Assembly (NCBI GenBank): GCA_051294375.1
Contig: JBJCIZ010000254.1
Location: 1 to 8,179, forward strand
Origin: Paraspadella gotoi
Lineage: Eukaryota > Animalia > Chaetognatha
DNA length: 8,179 nucleotides
Reading direction: 5' to 3'
Below are positions 1-7,223 of this stretch, piece by piece (the first letter of the stretch is position 1; the number at the start of each line of letters is the position of its first letter). A program made the position numbers and the translations under genes. A model generated the notes under the pieces. The model was not told the origin of the DNA. It saw only the letters and a program-made list of their open reading frames with translations, and ran no database searches.

Positions 1-402
1 TTCACTTTTCCCCCTCCCATTCCCTTATCGCCAGATTACGAATCGTTCTTTGGCACTGTCGTCGTAGACGTGTCTTCATCTACCGGCTTTGCCACGGCTC
101 TCCTCTCCGGCAATCATTCTCGGCGGCGCTTCAAGGCGGCGTTTTCCGAGGCGACGCGCTTCCAGGCGTCGCCTTCGACGTTCAATGGCCGTCGAGACTC
201 GCCCGTGCCTTTGGCTCCGCCCTCAACATCTCCGACTGCCGGTCGTGACCGCATCTGCATTAAAAACAGGTCCTTATTCGTCGCTATTCCTTTTTCCTCC
301 TTTTTGAATCTTTTTCTCCTCTTTTCCATACCTCTTTTTCTCCAACTCTATATCAAGCTTTCTCGTCCTCCATCCTCTTCTAGTCGTTTACCAAACCTTT
401 AG
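1..402 (+). CDS. Open frame running in from the window edge (133 sense codons visible); possible exon or decayed coding sequence, product unknown
   Basis: Frame +1 has no stop from base 1 to TAG at 400-402 (FTFPPPIPLSPDYESFFGTVVVDVSSSTG...RLPNL). The region is GC-richer than its surroundings. It has a hydrophobic stretch SLFVAIPFSSFLNLFLLFSIPLFLQLYI, but this could simply reflect a polypyrimidine tract. No family recognised. Confidence 0.2.
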   Translation, partial: FTFPPPIPLSPDYESFFGTVVVDVSSSTGFATALLSGNHSRRRFKAAFSEATRFQASPSTFNGRRDSPVPLAPPSTSPTAGRDRICIKNRSLFVAIPFSSFLNLFLLFSIPLFLQLYIKLSRPPSSSSRLPNL

Positions 403-1310
403 GCGGACGGTCTCACGTTGACGACTTCGACGAAATTGCGAGACTGACTTCGCTCGACTTTCGCTCGCACGGCGGGTTTAAAACAATAACAGGACAAGTT
501 TACTAACAGGCTCTGTTACCAAATTGTTTAATATTTTTAAACACTTTTACAAAAGGGTAAATAAGATCGACGCGATTACGATGAGCTGTGATGGATGCTT
601 CGGCAATGAAACGCGACATGTTTCTTCAAAAGCGTACCAGACCCGATCACGCCACTCCGGCGATATTTGCGCACCGTTAGGACCGGTGAGCTCGACCTTC
701 TTTGTGGTTAAGACTCCACGAAATTGTTTAATCACAGATTTAATTTCATTAAGAAAAGCCGGAAACCCCATGTGTCATTTGCTGTTCAACAGATGGCTAA
801 TTAAAATATGAGCTTTAGTTTAACTATGAAGGTCTCGCTTTCACCATTGCCATTGAGGCATAGCGCCTTTCCATACTTTTTCGATGGCCTTCGCACGTTC
901 CCATGGCCCTCGTCCTTGTTTCCGGAAGAGCGCGTCGCACGACTATCAACTAACCACCATAAAAATCCGAATTTCTACAAAAACTAGGAGCCTATTTAAA
1001 AATGGCTATAATTAATTTGCCTGCTGAGTTTCAACGAAGTGTAGTTTTGATTGTAGTGAAGTGTTCAAACTCCGATTGAAGAATTAATTAAAAAATTAAA
1101 TTAATTTATTTTTCATGTCTCGCGATTTATTTTAATCTTTACATTTTGCGGCCGAGGGGCGTTTTTAATCTTTTTAACAACACCACTTTCGTAATTTGTG
1201 AATTATAGATATATTTCTTTTTGAATTTGTCATCACATATTTTTCTGAATTTTTGCCAGTAGATAAATATTATCTAAAACTGCTTTATTTACTTTTGGCA
1301 GTTAAGAGCG

Positions 1311-1605
1311 TAAGTGAAAGTTACGGTACTGTGCAAATTCTAAAAGTCAATTGTATGAACAACATTACCAATCATTGTGAACATTAATTTGCTTAAAAAA
1401 AATTATGATTTTTTTTTAATCTTTCGCACTGTAGGCTCTATATTCTATATATAGTTACTATCCTTATAAAATCAAAAAATTTCAAATAGCGTTTTTCTTA
1501 TTTTGATTTCAGATTTGGAATTCCTCCATTTATTTTAAAAATCTTAGAAAAAATATTTTGAAATTTTAACATTTATTGGTATTAGTACTAGCAGGCATGG
1601 GCCAG
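1311..1605 (+). repeat. Degenerate dispersed direct repeat, copy A
   Basis: Collinear blocks shared with 2273-2503: AAGTGAAAGTTACGGTAC/AAGTGAAGTTACGTAC, AAATTCTAAAAGTCAATT/AAATTGTAAGAGTCAATT, GTAGGCTCTATATT/GTAGGCTATATT, TTGGTATTAGTA/TTGGTATATAGTA, ending GCCAG. Ends are approximate. Confidence 0.6.
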
Positions 1606-2272
1606 ATTGATCTCGCTATTGCCGTATGTTACGGCTAAAGCATGGATTACTAAACAATAACCTGTGTCTTTACAATTTGCTTATTGTCAGAAATATTATG
1701 CCCATGTGTTTTAAGTTTTTTTATACTTTGACGGTATGTCATAGAGTACTTATGTAAAATTTTTTATTACAACGCTATTGAGGGACAAGCTTATTGTATA
1801 AAGGGCACTTGAATCTCGAGTTTATAGGTTCAAACCATAAAAGCATTTGTATGAATAAAGTTAAATTCCTTCTTTAATTGTCACTGCTATTGGACTTACA
1901 TTGTTTTATAACGTTAGATATTATATCGTAGAAGAATGTGTTAGTATGTTCGGAAACTGGCTAACACTCAGCTACATTAAGCGACGGCTTTGCATTAAGG
2001 TCCTTTTCCGCAATTGATGGCTGCTTTTCTTTACTCGTTCGCCTTCGCTGCTGTCAGACGCACCAAAGAACCACGGTCAACCTTTACACTTGACGTTCAC
2101 CAATGCTGATAAAAAAAAAGCATGCTTTTAAGAGTTAATATGCTGAAGAGACAGTAATAGTTTATGAGTTAGTGCATAACCGTTCAATATAAGCTGAGCT
2201 GTTGGCATCAGACTGAAATAGGCAGTATTACCGGCAGAAATTGAATTAAAAACGTATGTGCGCAACAAAAAG

Positions 2273-2503
2273 GAAAGTGAAGTTACGTACGAAAATTGTA
2301 AGAGTCAATTATGCACATTTTTGAAAAAAAAAGTTTTGATTTTTGCAGTAGGCTATATTTGGAAGTAGTAAAAAGTGGAAAGTAGTTAGAAATTTGATAT
2401 AATTCAGCTTGCCTAATTTTCTTTAAAATATTTGGCTAAAAATAAAATATTTTCATTGAATTAAAAACATTTTTTGTTGGTATATAGTATATACAAGTGC
2501 CAG
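2273..2503 (+). repeat. Degenerate dispersed direct repeat, copy B
   Basis: Same ordered blocks as 1311-1605, about 960 bp downstream, shorter because of indels. Confidence 0.6.
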
Positions 2504-3630
2504 TATTTAATTGTTGCCAATGTTTTCTATTCTCAGTCAATTCACAAGTGAAAGTGCGACCACACCTTTAGTATGTCCAGTGGGTCTAGGAGCATTCTTC
2601 TGGCTTGCCAGGTTTGCCAGCCCGTCGCCCTTGCCATGTTCCGACTATGTCCGAACCAAATGTTCGCGGGTTCTAGTCCTGAAAGGTTGTCCTACCGTGC
2701 GCACCTGTACCCGCGCATGATAGAATGATTAAACATTCCATTCAAATTGTGCGAGCCAATTATTCCTATTATTCCTGTGGGTGGATTTCCTGCCATCAAC
2801 TGCTTTTTTTGAGCGAATTAAAGATTTTTGGCGCCTAAACAGTACAAAGCTTTTTAAATACACACTAAAATGACAGATTCTACCACCTCCAGTCAGTGGC
2901 TTCCACCAATATTGTTTCTTAAAAATTTAAAAATAGATAATATTATCTGTACTGCCTTGCCTTGCGGAGCAAAAGGATAGCCAGGGCGTCGGTGAATTTC
3001 TTACGTTCGTCAGTTCACTTATATCACGAGAAAAGAACGCGCCTTATTAATTTAACTTGTGGGCCAGAAGTTATTTTTAAATTTTTAATTTAAACGCCCG
3101 TAGAACAAAAAAAAAATTCTCTTCCTTTTTTTTTTTCAGTTCCGAGTGCGTTGATGCGTTCTATTCACTAATTCGCGGGTTTCGCTCACGTGATGCAACG
3201 GGAGAAGGCAAGGAAAACTTTCTTTCTTTCTGGAGCGTGCCAGCGGTGTTGTGCCGACGAGCTCTCTTCAAACTTTTATTTTCCTACGTCATCCAGCGAG
3301 GGGAGCCGGCGGCGTTCATTTTACTGGATCCATGTTCGACCGTAGATTTGTCCTATCTTGCGAAAATGAATGTTTTGGAATACCCTCGTCACAAAGATTT
3401 AAAAGTCTTGCGGACACCAGCCTAAATCATTATCTTTTGTAAGAGTGATGGCAGGCCTTACAACCTTACAACTTTAAACCTTTAAAAATAAAAAAGTATG
3501 CGCGCATAACAAATATAATTATAACATTATATATTAAGATATGCTTAATTATCAATATCATACAATTATTTTTAATTTATTTATTACTATTTATTTATAT
3601 TTATTTTTTAGATTTAACAGAAAAGAATTG

Positions 3631-3737
3631 CCTTATTTTTTATAGATAATAAGAATGAAATGGGATGGGGTCAACGCTCCTTGTATTTTTTTTATTGATA
3701 AGAGAATGTAAATGGCTGGATGGGACAGACGCCTTGT
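3631..3737 (+). repeat. Imperfect tandem duplication, unit ~50 bp (two copies plus partial)
   Basis: CCTTATTTTTTATAGATAATAAGAATGAAATGGGATGGGGTCAACGCT followed by CCTTGTATTTTTTTTATTGATAAGAGAATGTAAATGGCTGGATGGGACAGACG, then CCTTGT. Confidence 0.75.
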
Positions 3738-4066
3738 TCCTTTGTTTGTTTACAACCGAAACCGAGGATTAGATTTCAATCGGGATGCCTTACGTCCTCG
3801 TTACCCTCGCTGATCGCTGCAGACAGCGTGCTTCATTTATGCTGAATTTTTTAATCATTTCCCTCTCTACCATGGTTTTGGCCCCTGCCAGGCCCTCAGG
3901 CATCGTTTTTTTTAGGCCTATAATATATCCCATTACGAGTCGTAAAATTCACACCTGGCTTTAAAATACTATTTGATTTCACTTTTAACTATTTATGTTA
4001 CTTTTATGTCACTTTATTTAGCTCTCTTTTCCAAAGCGCCCCCATCTGTTCCTTTATCTCGCCTCG

Positions 4067-4155
4067 AACCTAACTATAACCCTCAGCTCTAATCTTCAAC
4101 CCTAATCCCTAACCTTAACACTGAAATTTTAAAACCTAATCCTTAAAACCTTAAA
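4067..4155 (+). repeat. Degenerate telomere-like (CCCTAA/CCTTAA) tract
   Basis: Contains AACCTAAC, AACCCTAATCCCTAACCTTAAC and AAACCTAATCCTTAAAACCTTAA, with a strong C/A strand bias. Confidence 0.65.
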
Positions 4156-5010
4156 AGGCCCGCTACTTTTCTACTATTTATTTTATTCTTTGTCCTTAAT
4201 CTGTACTCTTGGTAACTTGTACCGACTCAAAAACTACTTTTTTAGATTACGATCGAAATTTTAATTTTAAAATTTTCTTTATTTTTAGTGTGTGTTATAA
4301 AATTTGAATGACGAATTAAGAATTTAAAAGATTTCAATCTTAATTTAAAAACATCCTTGCCATCTCAATTTATTTCACTTGAAATTTTATTTTACAGAAG
4401 AGAGGGAGAGAGCAGCAGACAGCAGCCAGGAGAATTACTCTTCTCGCAGAAAACGGCCCCAAGAAAGCAAGAATCCTTTATCAAAGTCCATTAAGCGCGG
4501 ACAATATTTACATAGATTGTCGAACCAGCGTTTGAAAAAAAAAATTTCTCTTTTTTCATGTTTTTAAAAACAGCCACCGCGGTCAGACAACTTTAATGTT
4601 TATTTTTCATTGCGCGTTTTTTAAATGCGTTTGTTTTCATCGATGTTCTTTTTTTATTTTTGAATTTTGAATTAAAAAAAACATTATTTTTATTGTTTCA
4701 AAACTTCATTCGTGACCGCTGAAGATTTCAAAACCTTTGTTTTGCTTCATTATTAAATTTTGCACCGTTGGTAAAATATTTTGCCAAATTGTTGGTGATA
4801 TAATTGTTCATATTAAAAAAAAAATCTTAATTTTTTTGAAGTGTCCTAATAAGAATTTTCTCAGGCCGGAAATGCCTAACTAATTTTATGTTCATGTAAA
4901 ACAGAAAACAAAATAATCGCCTAAGGAATTCTTTGCATGCAGTTCCTGTGATCTATTATGAGGATAAAATATAGGATTTTTATTAACACCAAATTAAAAG
5001 TTTAGGAGAT

Positions 5011-5293
5011 TGTGGCAGCCAAAGGACCTTAAAAGGCTGCCTCACTTGCTGTCCGTCTCAGCCTCGTCTCAATGGCTGGAGCAGGCCTATAATCATCTCA
5101 TTCCATTCCGTGCGTCCCGGGTTCAATTCCTGGGTTATCCCCGGTCTGGCTTACAATTGACCGGGTGCCGTCATAAAACATGCCAGCTGACAGGAGGCGG
5201 TCACTAGCGGTCCGCAGCCCCCCTATGCCCAGTCGCGTTGAGATACCCCCGCGGCCCCGCGGTATCACAGGCTTCATCCTCCCGTCTGCCATA
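5011..5293 (+). repeat. 5' LTR (283 bp)
   Basis: Aligns end to end with 5557-5834; shared blocks include AGCCTCGTCTCAATGGC, TAAA...CATGCCAG, TGACAGGAGGCGGTCACT, GTTGAGATACCCC and ATCCTCCCGT. There are many 1-2 nt indels between copies. Confidence 0.85.
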
Positions 5294-5296
5294 AGC

Positions 5297-5310
5297 TGGT
5301 GAAGCCCTAC
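5297..5310 (+). other. Putative primer-binding site (tRNA-Trp-like)
   Basis: TGGTGAAGCCCTAC lies directly after the 5' LTR. It resembles TGGTGACCCCGAC, the complement of the animal tRNA-Trp 3' end, with one insertion and two mismatches. Confidence 0.5.
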
Positions 5311-5427
5311 TCCGAAACACCGGCAACCGCCTGCGCACCGGATGCGCCCACGCTTACGTCGCTTAGGTTGTATTGCATATCACGCCTCATGGCCCTTTAC
5401 TTCTCTGGCGTTACATGCCCTCCAGAC

Positions 5428-5454
5428 CTCGCTCGCTCGCTCGCCCGCTCGCTC
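5428..5454 (+). repeat. (CTCG)n microsatellite inside the TRIM internal region
   Basis: CTCGCTCGCTCGCTCGCCCGCTCGCTC. Confidence 0.8.
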
Positions 5455-5556
5455 CTCACCTATCGGCAATGCAGATTACAAAACCTTGCTCTCAAGGACA
5501 TCTTCTCAGCGATTGAGCGCCCCTGTGGAGAAGCTTCGTTGCGTTGGGACGGATCC

Positions 5557-5834
5557 TGTGGCAGCAAGACTTTAAAAGCTGCCTACTGCAGTCCGTCCTC
5601 GAGCCTCGTCTCAATGGCCCTGAGGCAGGCCTAAATCATTCTCATTCCATCCGTGCCGTCCGCTCGCTCCAATCCCTGGGTATCCCGCGTTCTGGCTTAA
5701 ATGTGACGGTGCCGGTATAAACATGCCAGTGACAGGAGGCGGTCACTGAGGCGTCTGCCAGCCCTCTATGCCAGTTCGGGTTGAGATACCCCGCGCCGCC
5801 GCGCGTATCACACGGCTATCCTCCCGTTGCCATA
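5557..5834 (+). repeat. 3' LTR (278 bp)
   Basis: Second copy of 5011-5293. It has TATAAA at 5716-5721, where the first copy has CATAAA. Confidence 0.85.
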
Positions 5835-6280
5835 ATGATAATAATTATGAAAACGATCAGTAAACAGCTACAAAGGAAATGCCGGTAAGTTTTGGGACAT
5901 TCGACTGTTAGTTTCTTGGAGCGGTAGAGTCGTAGACTGTTCTCGTCGTTCTTTTCTCTATTTCCTTTTTGACTTTGTACTGAATTAGCTAGGGCGGTGT
6001 CAACAACTTTTGGATCACTTTTCATCATAGGAGTTCTGTTCATATTGAAAACTTCAGTTATAAAATTCATTTGTCTATCATATACTTAATCAATATTTAT
6101 TATCACTTTTTAAATTAGTGATGCACAGTATAACATTAAAGTATTTAATGCATAGGCAATGAAAATTTTTTTTCAAAAAATTTAATCGGCTTATTTTTAT
6201 ATTATAATATAAAAATATTATTTTTCTTTTTTTTTTCCTTGTTTGTTTACGTACAATGAGTTTTATTAAAAAACATAAAT

Positions 6281-6319
6281 TTCTGACATGTTTCGGCTAT
6301 AATGTAAACCATCAGCGCA
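6281..6319 (-). ncRNA. Degenerate minimal type I hammerhead ribozyme
   Basis: The minus strand reads TTGCG-CTGAT-GGTTT-ACATTA-TAGCC-GAAAC-AT-GTC-AGAA. It lacks 3 nt of the core relative to the copy in the opposite arm, so it is probably inactive. Confidence 0.6.
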
Positions 6320-6408
6320 AAAACAAATTGATTTGTGAAACAAATATTTTAATAGGTTTTGAAGTTTGAAGAAAGTGTGAAAATATTTGTTTCCAAATTA
6401 ATTTATTT

Positions 6409-6452
6409 TTACGCTGATAAAGGCTTACATTGAAGCTGAAACACGTCCGAAA
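6409..6452 (+). ncRNA. Minimal type I hammerhead ribozyme, G8-to-A variant
   Basis: TTACG-CTGATAA-A-GGCTT-ACATTG-AAGCT-GAAAC-AC-GTC-CGAAA. Stem II GGCTT/AAGCT pairs, stem I CG/CG flanks the core, and the GUC cleavage triplet is at 6445-6447. The core reads CTGATAA rather than CTGATGA. Confidence 0.7.
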
Positions 6453-6592
6453 TTTGTTTTTTTTATAAAACTTGTATGTAAACAATTCATTTTCTACCTC
6501 AAATACAAAAATAACAATTAAAATAAATTTAAAACAATTATTATTTTTAATAAAATTATTATCGTTTTTTTCGTGTTTCGTTGCGATTTGAT

Positions 6593-6663
6593 TTAGGACA
6601 ACATTTTTGAAAAAGAGTTGTTTATATAATTTTATTAGAACAAAGTTTTTGAAAAAGAGTTGT
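6593..6663 (+). repeat. 29-bp direct duplication at the left edge of fold-back element 2
   Basis: TTAGGACAACATTTTTGAAAAAGAGTTGT (6593-6621) versus TTAGAACAAAGTTTTTGAAAAAGAGTTGT (6635-6663). Confidence 0.85.
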
Positions 6664-6828
6664 AACGATTTTTTATTTCATAGTAAAACGGACATGTTTC
6701 GACTCACATACGAACCTTCTTCAGCGTCATTGAATCATATGTGAGTCGAAACATGTTTTTTTCACTATGAAATAAAAAATCGTTACAACTCTTTTTCAAA
6801 ACTTTGTTCTAATTAAAATTTATAAACA
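6619..6828. repeat. Fold-back element 2: inverted arms 6619-6713 and 6735-6828, 21-nt spacer; Penelope-like pLTR derivative
   Basis: Near-perfect complementarity, e.g. TTTTGAAAAAGAGTTGTAACGATTTT / AAAATCGTTACAACTCTTTTTCAAAA, TATTTCATAGT / ACTATGAAATA and ACATGTTTCGACTCACATA / TATGTGAGTCGAAACATGT. Confidence 0.95.
6687..6728 (-). ncRNA. Minimal type I hammerhead ribozyme with intact core
   Basis: The minus strand reads GACG-CTGAAGA-A-GGTTC-GTATGT-GAGTC-GAAAC-AT-GTC-CGTT. The core CUGANGA and GAAA are intact. Stem I is GACG/CGTT, stem II is GGTTC/GAGTC (two G-U pairs), and the very short stem III contains the palindrome ACATGT. The GUC cleavage site has its C at 6691. Confidence 0.85.
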
Positions 6829-6950
6829 TTTATATTAGTGAACAAAAAACAAATGATGGTTAAATTTCTACTTTCGCTGACGCCGGTATTTTTATCGTAT
6901 TTTGAGAAATGTTTTTAAAAATTATTTATTTTTGAACATAAAAAATTATT

Positions 6951-7047
6951 ACCTAATTACCCTAACCCTAAACCCTCTTAATGCTACTTACCCTTAACCT
7001 TAAATTACCCCTAAACCACCCTTAACCCTAACCCTTGACCTATAACC
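6951..7047 (+). repeat. Degenerate telomere-like (CCCTAA) tract
   Basis: ACCCTAACCCTAAACCC...CCCTTAACCTTAA...CCCCTAAACCACCCTTAACCCTAACCCTTGACCTATAACC. Confidence 0.75.
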
Positions 7048-7074
7048 CCGGTCGGTGAAAGTAAAATTAACCCA

Positions 7075-7223
7075 NNNNNNNNNNNNNNNNNNNNNNNNNN
7101 NNNNNNNNNNNNNNNNNNNNNNNNNNNNNNNNNNNNNNNNNNNNNNNNNNNNNNNNNNNNNNNNNNNNNNNNNNNNNNNNNNNNNNNNNNNNNNNNNNNN
7201 NNNNNNNNNNNNNNNNNNNNNNN
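7075..7223. other. Assembly gap (149 N)
   Basis: Run of N. Confidence 1.

Larger units (their letters stand above)
5011..5834 (+). mobile_element. Miniature non-autonomous LTR retrotransposon (TRIM-like, probably Gypsy-derived)
   Basis: Two direct repeats (5011-5293, 5557-5834) begin TGTGGCAG and end (C/T)TGCCATA, a short imperfect terminal inverted repeat. TGGTGA... starts 3 nt after the first repeat (PBS position). GGGACGGA lies just before the second repeat (weak PPT). The internal region is 263 bp. The flanks GAGAT/ATGAT are only an imperfect TSD. Confidence 0.7.
6243..6485. repeat. Fold-back element 1: inverted arms 6243-6350 and 6380-6485, 29-nt spacer; Penelope-like pLTR derivative
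   Basis: The reverse complement of the right arm (TTGTTTACATACAAGTTTTATAAAAAAA..CAAATTTCGGACGTGTTTCAGCTTCAATGTAAGCCTTTATCAGCGTAAAAATAAATTAATTTGGAAACAAATATTTT) aligns throughout with the left arm. Confidence 0.9.

Noticed and set aside
1621-1635. Hairpin GCCGTA-TGT-TACGGC as a Helitron 3' end
   Set aside because: No CTRR terminus follows at the expected distance, and a 6-bp stem is weak evidence alone.
2620-2645. EHGKGDG (minus strand) as an HGKGxxDG transposase motif
   Set aside because: The spacing is wrong by two residues and no other transposase motifs are nearby.
3394-3925. Short matches to the TRIM LTR (GCCTAAATCATT near 3420, AGGCCTATAAT near 3914)
   Set aside because: Isolated 11-12-mers without collinear extension; compatible with chance.
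3237-4567. Short ORFs 3237-3425, 3251-3442 and 4379-4567 (also 5816-6070)
   Set aside because: They are short, some with non-ATG starts, and show no recognisable motif; not supportable as genes.
4717-4735. CGCTGAAGA as the start of another hammerhead (similarly GCTGAAGAG near 2142)
   Set aside because: No stem II or downstream GAAAC...GTH follows.
5296-5323. CTGGTGA...CGAAACACC as a hammerhead (retrozyme)
   Set aside because: The core is non-canonical, stem II does not pair and there is no UH site. The position is better explained as the PBS.
5010-5634. ORFs 5010-5207, 5098-5292, 5299-5634 and 5342-5575
   Set aside because: They lie in GC-rich LTR or internal sequence. Frames are not preserved between the two LTR copies and no domain is recognisable.
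6243-6828. CRISPR array or prokaryotic terminators as an explanation for the palindromes
   Set aside because: There are no regularly spaced direct repeats with unique spacers and no prokaryotic gene context. The arms are ~100-bp inverted repeats.
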